Made by a program: the position numbers and the translations under genes. The notes under the pieces are model-generated. The model made no database searches and was not told the origin of the DNA. It worked only from the letters and a program-made list of their open reading frames with translations. 64,000 bases of DNA from assembly GCA_002269645.1 (NCBI GenBank), contig NIVC01000608.1, forward strand, positions 186,001 to 250,000, read 5' to 3'. This document shows, piece by piece, positions 39,401-52,700 of this stretch; position 1 is the first letter of the stretch; each line of letters begins with the position of its first letter. The stretch is from Macrostomum lignano (Eukaryota).

Positions 39401-42261
39401 ACAGGCTAATTCCCCGAGCCAAATTCTTGCTACTAATACTGAACTTCAATAGACGAGACGGTATAGACCCGCGGCGTGTTTTTACTGTCCGTTCAACATA
39501 TTTATAAATGTAAATTGAATTCCATGCACAGTATTTCTAAAGGTATAAATTCCTTTGATTTTACCTTCGTGCTATATTTAAATTGCTTTGAAAATCTGTT
39601 TTTTAAAAGGTACTATTTTTTAAGTCAAAACGTATTGTGACGCGTCACTTCTTTCATCATATAATTCATAGATAGGCCTAGGCCTAGCCAGGTGCATTGC
39701 ATAGGCCGTTGCATAGGCAGGTGGATTTTATTTTAGTAGGATTTTATTAGGATTTATAAATATAAAATGAGGGGGCAGATTTCATTAATCATAAAAGATG
39801 GGCGCCATAATATATTCTATTTTTTAGAAGGGCCAAGAGCTATTCTTTTTTATCTAAACTTAGCTATTCTATCTATGTACTATAGAGACTATGCCAAACC
39901 CAAACAGAAACCTAATCCTTTTTTAAAGCTAGGGCCTAATTATCTTTAGTCTCAAAGATGTTCCTTGTATGCCACAAATTTTTTTGACCTTGTATGCCGC
40001 ATGCCAAGATTAGGCCTATTTAGAAATCTTATGCGTAATACATGCTACACACCAAGGTCAAAGGCCTTATCTGCAACTGCATTGCATGCCACATGTGAGA
40101 CTAGCAGAAAAACTGGTCTTAAAAAGTTAAAAGCAAAATGCACTCACATTTTTTAGCACTTTGCTTAAATAAAAGCAGCAAAGCCTATTGAAAACAAATA
40201 AATTCTTTTTCCATGGACTAGATTAGGTCTATCTATCTTTTATTTTATTGCAAAGTTATAAAAAATATATAATATATTAGGCCCTACAACTTTATTAAAA
40301 AAATGTTGTAGCTAAGTAATTAAAGAAGCTAAATTGAGACATTACTGATTATAATTTATAAATTTCTATAGTCTAACTAAATCCAAACTTCTATTTTATT
40401 TTCGAATCCATTTTGCAATGGGGCAAACAAAATTTTTTTGTACATGCCACTGCGCAAAGTCTCATTGCATATAGTAATGCATATAGTGCAAGGGCCAAAT
40501 ACCCTTATGAATGCCACAATTTTTTTTAACATCTTTGGAAAAGTGGCTTAAATTATATACTTTGATTGGGACTTGGAACTTTGGTCATACCTACTATCTT
40601 AGCAATCTTTGGATATCAAGAGAGCATGCTAGGCCCCTTTATGTATCGAATTTTGTACCAATGGTATACTCTAAATTCTTTTGTAGGCCAGAATATTTAT
40701 ATTAGCATATATATACTATCCTAAATCTGGGAAATAGGAAAGATTTGTGCAAAGGTTAGGTCTAGATAGATTAAAGCTATCTTAATTAGAAATTGCTTGT
40801 TGGCATATAAAATGGCAACTTTTTAATTGCTGAGTATATTTTTGTACATGCCTGATAATATAATATTAGTTAGAATCAAAGTCAAATGAGTATTATAGTA
40901 AACCTAGGCCTAGTCTATAATTAGGAAAATAGCTTTTTAAACTAAAAAATGCAAGGCAAATTTAGCCTAGGAGAGCAAAGCAAAGGAAAGCCAGGTTAGG
41001 GTAAATCAGGGCAAGTCAAAGGCAGGTAAGGCTAGGTCTCAAGATAATGTGAAGTAGCTAATAAAGAGCAGCAAAGTGGTTGACTAGCATGCTAGAGCCA
41101 AGTCATTAGCCCATTTGTTGTTTAAAACTGCAATGTAGATTTGAATAAAAATGACTAAATGACTAAATTGGATGCCTAGGATAGAATTTAGAACTTTATT
41201 TCAAGGGCATTAGGGTTATTTTTAAGTCTCAGTTTCAATGAATTGAGACATTAGGATAGATTTTAAGCTTGAGGTTTAAAGAATTAAGGCATCAAGATAA
41301 AAAGTTTTTTGGTTTTAAATGTATTTTTGGGCATGTCTACCATGATCCTGGGCTAAAAACTGACCTAGGGAGCCTATTCTAATTTACTAATGAAGTCACA
41401 ACACAATGCTCACCTTGGCCTTCAAGTTTGGGTGCAAATTAGGCTAGTGTTTAAGTTTTTATGCAGGGATAAATTTAAAAGGGGAAGCTTTAGGTGGTAG
41501 CCCCCTATTATAGCTGGCAATGATAATGTATCTTTTCTTCTTGGCTGGCAGTTCCAAATATTATCAATATTCTGAACCATAATACTTTGAATAGATGGCA
41601 TGATTAAATCCAAAACAGGAAAAAAGACACAAAAGTGCTAGAAAACAAGCATAGAAGTTGCCTGGCTAACTTCATAGTAGGCCTATTTAATTTTTAGGTC
41701 TATAATAAAATATACAATATATTAAGATTTGAAGCCTTTTAAAAGTAATCTTATTAGGATGTTATCTATATCTTTTACCTTTTATATTTTCTATTAGCTT
41801 CTATTGATTGCTTATGTTATTCTTTTCTATTCCTATTCTATTGACTAATTGGTCTATTTGTGATGCTTTAAAATTTTGCAATTTGAGTAATTTAAGTTAT
41901 TGTTTCAATAGACAAATTTTATTAGCTAGTTTTAATTTAGCTATAAAATTACTTTTAAGAGTATTAAGAGAGCAAATCAAAGCAAAAAGTATACAAGGTA
42001 AGACAAAAGTGCCTAAGGCACTAACAAACAATTTGCACAAACTACTAATTATTAATAATTAATTGTTTTCATGGAACTTGTTTAGATGTAAATTTTAGAA
42101 ATAATTTAATATTAAAATATTAAAATTTAGCAACTAACATTTTATGATAGCTGAATATTTATAAATAATAAAGACTAGCAATTGGTGCCCCCATTGTGGA
42201 GCCTACATAAAAAGAAGTTTTTTTAATAAACTGCGAGCACATGTAGCCTCAGACCTCTCAG

Positions 42262-42640
42262 CTTTGACATCTCAGCAATTCCCCTGTAATCCTTGACATC
42301 TCAGCAATTCCACTGTAAGCCTTGACATCTCAGCAATTCCACTGTAAGCCTTGACATCTCAGCAATTCCCCTGTAAGCCTTGACATCTCAGCAATTCCTC
42401 TGTAATCCTTGACATCTCAGCAATTCCCCTGTAATCCTTGACATCTCAGCAATTCCCTCTGTAATCCTTGACATCTCAGCAATTCCCTCTGTAATCCTTG
42501 ACATCTCAGCAATTCCCTCTGTAATCCTTGACATCTCAGCAATTCCCACTGTAAGCCTTGACATCTCAGCAATTCCCACTGTAAGCCTTGACGTCTCAAC
42601 AATTCCCCTGTAAGCCTTGACATCTCAGCAATTCCCACTA
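42262..42640. repeat. 29-30-bp repeat (TTGACATCTCAGCAATTCCC.CTGTAA.CC), ~13 copies
   Basis: Visible directly, just upstream of C2CD3. Confidence 0.95.
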
Positions 42641-42765
42641 CCTTAGACTATCTTATCTGGAATGACCCAACATCTAGACTAAGGTGGACTAGATGCATTG
42701 TAAGATTGAAACTAATTTATTAGAATCTGTTAGTGTCTCATCTCAATGGATGCCAAATCAATTTC

Positions 42766-45700
42766 ATGCCGCTACCTGCCTCATCATTAACAATGAAGCC
42801 CCGGCGTAAAAGCAAATCGCCAAGCGGTCGGAGTTCCCGCAACTCCACCGGCCTGCAGCAACAGCAGCAGCAGCGACCACCAGACGCAACCGATTCTAAG
42901 CGCATCCTATCAGAAGAGGCTGCCGCCGATCTGATCTCCGTGTTAGTTAATCGGGGTCGCCGCTTGCGCAACGACATGATCGGCTGTGTGCTAGACGGTT
43001 CCTCTACTGCCGAACGCGAGAATCAACCACCGCTTCCTGCAACCGCAACGACTTTGACGCAGCGCAATGAGCATGACGCAACAGGCACAATAGGCGGGCT
43101 AGGCAGTGAGACTCTGCTAGACGACATGATTGGCCAGCTGCTTTCCAATGGCGACGCTTCGGCGGAGATGCGCGCAGTCGACCTCATCATGGGCCAATCG
43201 GACCCCGTGCCGCGTCGCAGCGGCTCCGAGAACAATGACGAGGATAGCAACGAGGATTATAGCGAGCCGGACGATCCCGTCAAGGACGACGATCTTGTGC
43301 AGGAGTTGTTCTTTAATAAAACCGCTAATAATAAAGATTTTGAAGCTGCCGACGGCGACGACTACGACGTAGACGATGGCCAGGGCGAGCCGGCTAAAGG
43401 CGGCAGTCCGGAGCGGGCGGCTCAACTTCGACGCGACCGTCTGGAAGCCGCCGGCCGTGTGGTGCCCAACGTCAGCTCGCCGTCGGCCAGCTCATTCGAC
43501 ATACCGTCTCGGGCGTCGTCAAACGCGGCTGGTCCCGCTGGCCGGCGATTGCGTCGACGCGGCGGCGGCAGCGCCAATTCGGCTACGAAACGGCGCGCCG
43601 CCGGTTCGCGCGATTCGAGCTCCGAGCGAGGCGGCGGTTCCTCGCTTGCGGGCAGCCGCGTCTCCTTCGACGTGCCGTCGGATGCTGAAGTCGGCGGCGC
43701 CGATGCTGCTGGCCCTGTCGATGCAGTCGACGAACAAATGAAAAAGCGACTACCCGGTTTATTTGACGTCGTTTCCACTGAGCGACTGGAAACTCTTCGC
43801 CGGGTGTCGCACATTTTGCTGTCAGCTTCGCAGCTGGTGCTGCGTAAGCAGCCGTACATTGACGCCGGCTCGTCTGCCTCGGCGGCGCCGCGACCTCCGC
43901 GGCCTAGTGCACCTCGCGGACTTCCGCCGCGTCCGCCTGCGCCAGGCTCAACCAGCTGGCGTCGGAAGCCATCAGTTTACTATTTGGAGTACCGGCTGCC
44001 CTCGCATCCGTCTAATAGCACTACTAGTGCCTCTTCAACTCGAGTACTGGCTAAGAAGTTAGACGGTCGCAATGTGAGCTTCCAACACCGGGGCAAGCAC
44101 GCGCTGGTGTTTGACGACGCCTCGTTGCAGCGCTGGTGGCGCGGGAATCTTGAAGTCCGCCTGCTTGGTAGGACTGACGATCAGAGAACTCCGCCCTGTC
44201 TGATTGGCAGCGGAATGTTGCCGATGCACTACCTGCTAACTGGGACCAACCTGCAGCTGACTGACGACATTCCGGTGTACGAGGCACCGGCCGGTGTCAC
44301 CAACAAGCATCAGCAGTTTCCTAACCAGCTGGAGCATCAGCAGAGAAAACTTGTTGGCCATTTGCGAGTCAGCCTGCAACTGGGCTCGGATACTGTGGCC
44401 CTGGGGCCGCTGCTTGAACAGGTTAATATGCTCGGTTACTGACTGACTGACTGACTGACTGACTGACTGACTCACTGACTGACTCACTGACTGACTGACT
44501 GACTGACTGACTCACTGACTGACTGACTGACTCACTGACTGACTGACTGACTGACTGACTGACTGACTGACTCACTGACTGACTGACTGACTGACTCACT
44601 GACTGACTGACTGACTGACTGACTCACTGACTGACTGACTGACTCACTGACTGACTCACTGACTCACTGACTGACTGACTGACTCACTGACTGACTGACT
44701 GACTCACTGACTCACTGACTCACTGACTGACTGACTGACTCACTGACTGACTCACTGACTGACTGACTGACTCACTGACTGACTCACTGACTGACTGACT
44801 GACTCACTGACTGACTGACTGACTCACTGACTGACTGACTGACTCACTGACTGACTGACTGACTCACTGACTCACTGACTCACTGACTGACTCACTGACT
44901 GACTGACTGACTCACTGACTGACTCACTGACTGACTGACTGACTCACTGACTGACTCACTGACTGACTGACTCACTGACTCACTGACTGACTGACTCACT
45001 CACTGACTCACTGACTCACTGACTGACTCACTGACTGACTGACTCACTGACTCACTGACTGACTGACTGACTCACTGACTGACTCACTGACTGACTGACT
45101 GACTCACTGACTGACTCACTGACTGACTGACTGACTCACTGACTGACTCACTGACTGACTGACTGACTCACTGACTCACTGACTGACTGACTGACTCACT
45201 GACTCACTGACTCACTGACTGACTGACTGACTCACTGACTGACTCACTGACTGACTGACTGACTCACTGACTGACTCACTGACTGACTGACTGACTCACT
45301 GACTCACTGACTGACTCACTGACTGACTGACTCACTGACTGACTGACTCACTGACTGACTGACTCACTGACTGACTCACTGACTCACTGACTGACTGACT
45401 CACTGACTGACTCACTGACTGACTCACTGACTGACTCACTGACTGACTGACTCACTGACTCACTGACTGACTGACTCACTGACTGACTCACTGACTGACT
45501 GACTGACCCACTGACTGACTGACTGACTCACTGACTGACTCACTGACTGACTCACTGACTCACTCACTGATTTGAGTGAGTGGGTGACTGACTGACTAAC
45601 AGATTATTCACATCCCATCGCCACCCAAAAATCTAACCTCACTCAGGAACAGCAGCGCGTCGCATCTGACAGAGCGGCCGCCTCCAAGCAGCAGGAGCCG

Positions 45701-46651
45701 CAGCCGCTGTTGGCCCAGGGCCAAGGCGAGTCGGCAGGCTTATCTGACGGCAAACCGCCGCCGCCTCCGCCCCCGCCGCCCCCACTGCCGCCGGCTCCGC
45801 TGTCCCAGCCGACCGCCTCAGCAGCTGCCCCCTCAGAACCCGTGGAGCAGCCGACGGCCCTGTTCGCTCTGCTGCAAATTGTTGAAGCCCGCGGCGTCGC
45901 CTATTCTAGCGTGGCCACTACTACTGGTACTAATAATCACAATGGTAGCGCAGCGTCTCAGCAGCTTCATCTGACTGGCGGTACCACGGCAACCTCAGCT
46001 GGTGGCCGATCCTCCGCTAGGGATCACTGCTCACGGAATCTGTACTGCGCCGTCAGATTATTCTGGCAGTCGGATCGATTTCACACCGAAGTAGTCTGGG
46101 GCAGTTCGGATCCGAAATTTCGTTTCTCCCAAATCTCACCTGTGCTTTACAATGCCGCTCTGTTGGAACGGCTGCGCCAGAACTACGCCATTGTGGAGGT
46201 GTGGGATAAAAAGACCAGCTATCAGCGGGATAGCCTAGTTGGCACTGTGAAATTGCCTCTGCATCAGTTCTACTTGGCCTACAAAGACCCCGCTGTAGCC
46301 GCTGCTATGCTCCGCTCCCAGTATCCTGTAGTTGGCGCCGATGGCTGGCTGCCCATCCGGGATCCGTTTCACGAGGCTCAGCCCGGCTCGGACTTTGGCC
46401 AGCTGCGCGTACTGCTGGCCATGGGCAGCGGCGCCCAGATCGCTCATCTGCAGCGGCTTCGCTCCGATGGGGGCAACGGCATCGATGCCGGCTTGCTGCC
46501 TTATCACGTGCCCTTCGATTCGGTGACCGCTGCCGGGGCTACGGCCTCCGGATCGACTACCGGCGGCCAGGCCCGCGAATTGGAAGAGGTGGTGAGTTCG
46601 AGTTTAATTTATATTTGCCACTTTTCTACTATCTATCTAGCTATCTATCTG

Positions 46652-46730
<79 letters not shown>

Positions 46731-46731
46731 G

Positions 46732-46799
<68 letters not shown>

Positions 46800-49700
46800 A
46801 CTATCTATCTATCTGCCTGTCTATCTATCTATCTATCTATCTATGCTTTCAGACGGAGCACTGTTTCGAAGTTTGCATCGACAGTCTGGAGGATCTGCGC
46901 CTGCCCGAAGACTGCAGCTACGGCGAAGTTGATTGCTTCATTCAGTACTACTTCCCGGCATTGGACCCTGCCGCCAGACCCGGCTCCAGTCCCATGCTGT
47001 GTCTGAAGCCCTACAGGTCTTCCACTACCATTGCCATACCGCATCCGTCATTTCATGATCTGACCCGGCACCGGCTGCAGCTGCCAGTTGATGCGCCGTT
47101 CCAACGGGAGCTGGTCGCTCTAGCCGGCGCCCAGGGCGGCCTGCCATGCGAACTATGGCTAAGAGCATATAGTCCGAATTTGCGCGATCAGTGCATTGCA
47201 AGAGCTCTGTTGCCGTTAGGTCGACTGTGCGCTCTGGTTGCTATGAGCGGTGTTAGCAACGGGGCAGGTTCGTTGCCTTCTGCTTCAACTTCTGCTCATA
47301 CTGGAGCTCCCGCCTCTACCCAGCGCCTGGCCCTGCCATTAGCCGGCATTGATGAAGCGGGCGCGTGCGGCGCTACCGCCTATTTAAGCGTGGCTTATCG
47401 TTCTACAGGCGTGCGAGTCAGCAGGTCCAGCGAGTCGGCCGGCAGCGGGGTAGACTCTTATCCTCGGGGACAGACCGCAGTGCTAGGCGTCTCGCTGCTC
47501 CGCGCCGCAGGTTTGGAAGCCGCCGCTAAGGCCTGCCAGCGCGCTGAAGCTCCTGCCGGTCTGATGGCCGCCAGTCTGGGGCATGCTGTCGCTGGCGGGG
47601 TCAATGCGTTTGCCAGGTGTGCTAGTTTTTTCTTGTCTCGTATTTTTTAACCTAGAAACCTCTCGAGTTTATAATTGCCTTTTCTGTCTTTCGAATCACT
47701 CAATAGCCTCTAGAATCGCCTTTTTTCTAAAATCGCCTGTCTATTGATACTTTTAGAATCGCCTTATACTTGTAGAATTGCCCTTTTACTTGTAGAATCG
47801 CCTTTCTACTTGTAGAATCGCGTTTATACCTGTAGAATCGCGTTTTTTACCTGTAGAATCGCATTTCTACCTGTAGAATCGCATTTCTACCTGTAGAATC
47901 GCATTTCTGTCTGTATAACAATCGCAATTTTACCCTTAAAATCGCCTGTCTACCTTTGAATTCTAGAATCGCCCTTTCTGCGACCTCTATCCACAGCTAA
48001 TTGCAGACAGCCTATGTTCTAGCAATCCAAAATGGTTCCACATTCCAACACTGATCCCCTCCCGTACCCGCAGATACTGGCTCAGCTTCGACCCGAGCGG
48101 CCAACGCCTAACCCGGTGCGTAGCCCGCAGCCATTGTCCAGATTTTCAGCAGCACTCCGACTACGCTATGCCGCTGCACTGGCCCGGCGGCATCTCTCTA
48201 GCCGAACTAATCGAAGAAGGCGGCCTAGAGATTGAATTGTGGCATCAGGTGCCAACGCCGGCTAGGCATCTCACTGTTGGCGCCGGTCCCGAGCCCTTGG
48301 TGACGGCGCCAGGTCAACCGATGTCAATCAATGGCGGCGCCGGCGCCTCTTGTCCTGAGATTCTGCTAGGCCGGCTCCGCCTGCCGCTTGGCCCGCTGTT
48401 AACCTGCAAGTCCGGCCTGCGCGGCTGGTATCCGCTTCTAGCTCCGGCAAAGACTACTAACGCTTCGGCTACTACAACAGAAACGGTTGACGCTGAAGAT
48501 TTGTCAACTACTGCTCAGTTTGTTGGCGCCGTCGAATTGGAGATTCGATTCGGATCGGCCGAGGATCGAGCCAGAGTGTTGGAGAGCGGCCGCGAGCTGG
48601 GATTTGCGCCTCAAGATTTGGAGGATCTCGAGGAACGATGGGAATCGATTGAGGCGCCCGAGTTCCGTAGGATTTGTGTACAGGTTAGTGAGGCTGGTTG
48701 TTGATGAAGAACAGTTGTTTTGGCTGCTACAGGACTAAGTCTGATGTTGATCAAGTGTAGTTAGTTGCGAGGGCCTGAGGCTGATGGGGCATCAAGTGTA
48801 GTTAGTTGCTAGGGCCTGAGGCTGATGGGGCATCAAGTGTAGTTAGTTGCTAGGGCCTGAGGCTGATGGGGCATCAAGTGTAGTTAGTTGCTAGGGCCCT
48901 GAGGCTGATGGGGCATCAAGTGTAGTTAGTTGCTAGGGGCCTGAGGCTGATGGGGCATCAAGTGTAGTTAGTTGCTAGGGTGCTGAGGCTGATGGGGCAT
49001 CAAGTATAGTTGGTTGCTAGGGAGCTGAGGCTGATGGGATTAAGTGTAGTTGGTTGCTAGGGGCCTGAGGCTGATGGGGCATCAAGTGTAGTTAGTTGCT
49101 AGGGTGCTGAGGCTGATGGGGCATCAAGTATAGTTGGTTGCTAGGGAGCTGAGGCTGATGGGATTAAGTGTAGTTGGTTGCTATGGAGGCTGAGGCTGAT
49201 GAGGATCTGGACATTTGGTTGCTAAGGGAGTGGGTCTAATAAGGATCAAGAGTATTAGTTGCTAAGGTACTGATCTGATGTGCATGATTGAGTTTTGGGT
49301 GCTAATAGACGTTAAAGGGAATTATGGATTTGAGAGACATTATTTTTGTTTCAAGTCTATTTCTATAAAAAGATGAACACCCTCCCCACTTTGCACTACT
49401 AAAGGTAATAGACGCCGAATTCCCGCTTCGTTTGGCTCTCCGGGCCGGCCAGGACCGGCTGCCTATCTCCAGCCGGCTGTACTGCCGCTACCGCCTGTAC
49501 ACTCGGCGGTCAGTCCAATCGCCAAAGTATTGCGTGCCGCCGCACGACGAGCACGGCAGCTTGTCAGTCAGCTTCAGTTATAAACGCGTGTTTGCGTTTC
49601 GCACTTCCCTAGCATTGCTGCAGTATCTGCGCGAAGAACGATTGGAAATTCAGTTGTGGATTAGTTACAGCTCGTCTAGCGGTGAGGGGCACGACGATGT

Positions 49701-52700
49701 GGGAGCCGGCGCCTCGGCTCGCGACCTGCTAATTGGCACCTGCTGGATGCCGCTGCGCGATTTGGCCGTTCGTCGGCGTTCGCCGGCTCGCGTAGCCGGC
49801 CGCTACGCTCTGGTGAAGCCGGGCGTTCGCTGCTTCGACGGCGCCTGTCTTCGATTGAAAGCGACGCTGACTGACTCGGACGAGCCGCCGTCGGAGCCGG
49901 AGAATTCCGTTGACGAGGAGGAGGCTGTTGCTGCCGCTGTTGCTGATGCAGGCGTTGACGATAGCGAAGATGTCGGCGGCGGCGTCGGCAGTCAGCGGCG
50001 TCAGCGACATCAGCAGGTGACTCGGCGGCAGCGCCTGGCGCATCAGCACACGGTGCCGCTCCGGGTGGCCATCGAGGAGGCCAAGCGGCTTTGTCCGGTG
50101 CCAGACGCCGCCACTGGAGAGGAGCGACTGCCGCCCAGCGCATACGTTACTGTGAGACTCCTTGGATTGTTCTCTCAAACTTTAGAATCTTCCTTCTGTC
50201 CTTTAAGGATCTCCCTCGAACTTGCCGAGAATCTCTCTCGAACTTGCCGAGAATCTCTCCCGAACTTGCCGAGAATCTCTCTCGAACTTGCCGAGAATCT
50301 CTCCCGAACTTGCCGAGAATCTCCCTCAGACTTCCCGAGGATCTCTTTGAACTTATATTCTCCTTCGACCTTTTAAATTACAAACAGGAGTCTTAAGCGC
50401 AGAAGATTCTACTAGGCTTTTCTCAATCGCTCAAAAGACTGCGTAAAAGAACAAAGAGAAATTCTAAATTTTTTCAGGTACAACCTGCCGACCGATCTAA
50501 GCCGCTAGCCACTGATGTGAAGGCGGCAACTAACAATCCAGCTTGGGGTTTTGTTGCCGAGGCCCGTTTCGACAAAAGCCTGTTCGCTTATCCCGATAGA
50601 GGCTGTCTGCTGACATTCAAGGTAACATTAATTAGGATTACTAATTTGTACTACTAACTGTTGAATTTTAGTTAGTAACTACCGAAAGTGCGGGATTTTA
50701 GTTTAGTTTTGTCACTACCGAAAGTGTGAGATTTTAGTTTAGTTTAGTAGCTACCGGGAGTGTGGGATTTTAGTTTAGTTTAGTAGCTACCGGGAGTGTG
50801 GGATTTTATTTTAGTTTAGTAGCTACCGGGAGTGTGGGATTTTATTTTAGTTTAGTAGCTACCGGGAGTGTGGGATTTTCGTTTAGTTTAGTAGCTACCG
50901 GGAGTGTGGGATTTTATTTTAGTTTAGTAACTACCGGGAGTGTGGGATTTTAGTTTAGTTTAGTAGCTACCGGAAGTGTGGGATTTTAGTTTAGTTTAGT
51001 AGCTATCGGGAGTGTGGGATTTTATTTTAGTTTAGTAACTACCGGGAGTGTGGGATTTTAGTTTAGTTTAGTAACTACCGGAAGTGTGGGATTTTAGTTT
51101 AGTTTAGTAGCTACCGGGAGTGTGGGATTTTATTTTAGTTTAGTAACTACCGGGAGTGTGGGATTTTAGTTAAGTTTAGTAACTACCGGAAGTGTGGGAT
51201 TTTAGTTTAGTTTAGTAGCTACCGGGAGTGTGGGATTTTAGTTTAGTTTAGTAGCTACCGGGAGTGTGGGATTTTATTTTAGTTTAGTAGCTACCGGGAG
51301 TGTGGGATTTTATTTTAGTTTAGTAGCTACCGGGAGTGTGGGATTTTATTTTAGTTTAGTAACTACCGGGAGTGTGGGATTTTAGTTTAGTTTTGTCACT
51401 ACCGAAAGTGTGAGATTTTAGTTTAGTTTAGTAGCTACCGGGAGTGTGGGATTTTAGTTTAGTTTAGTAGCTACCGGGAGTGTGGGATTTTATTTTAGTT
51501 TAGTAGCTACCGGGAGTGTGGGATTTTATTTTAGTTTAGTAGCTACCGGGAGTGTGGGATTTTATTTTAGTTTAGTAACTACCGGGAGTGTGGGATTTTA
51601 GTTTAGTTTTGTCACTACCGAAAGTGTGAGATTTTAGTTTAGTTTAGTAGCTACCGGGAGTGTGGGATTTTAGTTTAGTTTAGTAGCTACCGGGAGTGTG
51701 GGATTTTAGTTTAGTTTAGTAGCTACCGGGAGTGTGGGATTTTATTTTAGTTTAGTAGCTACCGGGAGTGTGGGATTTTAGTTTAGTTTAGTAGCTACCG
51801 GGAGTGTGGGATTTTAGTTTAGTTTAGTAACTACCGGGAGTGTGGGATTTTCGTTTAGTTTAGTAGCTACCGGAAGTGTGGGATTTTAGTTTAGTTTAGT
51901 AGCTACCGGGAGTGTGGGATTTTATTTTAGTTTAGTAACTACCGGGAGTGTGGGATTTTAGTTTAGTTTTGTCACTACCGAAAGTGTGAGATTTTAGTTT
52001 AGTTTAGTAGCTACCGGGAGTGTGGGATTTTATTTTAGTTTAGTAGCTACCGGGAGTGTGGGATTTTATTTTAGTTTAGTAACTACCGGGAGTGTGGGAT
52101 TTTAGTTTAGTTTTGTCACTACCGAAAGTGTGAGATTTTAGTTTAGTTTAGTAGCTACCGGGAGTGTGGGATTTTAGTTTAGTTTAGTAGCTACCGGGAG
52201 TGTGGGATTTTAGTTTAGTTTAGTAGCTACCGGGAGTGTGGGATTTTATTTTAGTTTAGTAGCTACCGGGAGTGTGGGATTTTAGTTTAGTTTAGTAGCT
52301 ACCGGGAGTGTGGGATTTTAGTTTAGTTTAGTAACTACCGGGAGTGTGGGATTTTCGTTTAGTTTAGTAGCTACCGGAAGTGTGGGATTTTAGTTTAGTT
52401 TAGTAGCTACCGGGAGTGTGGGATTTTATTTTAGTTTAGTAACTACCGGGAGTGTGGGATTTTAGTTTAGTTTAGTAACTACCGGAAGTGTGGGATTTTA
52501 GTTTAGTTTAGTAGCTACCGGGAGTGTGGGATTTTATTTTAGTTTAGTAACTACCGGGAGTGTGGGATTTTAGTTTAGTTTAGTAACTACCGGAAGTGTG
52601 GGATTTTAGTTTAGTTTAGTAGCTACCGGGAGTGTGGGATTTTAGTTTAGTTTAGTAGCTACCGGGAGTGTGGGATTTTAGTTTAGTTTAGTAGCTACCG

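Noticed and set aside
38500-39540. Minus-strand frame that reads like protein (YESEYEYGEYKYEY...) if TAA/TAG were Gln, suggesting a ciliate-code or viral insert
   Set aside because: About 15 stops in 160 codons is what random ~70% AT DNA gives, TGA is also in frame, and no recognisable motif is present.
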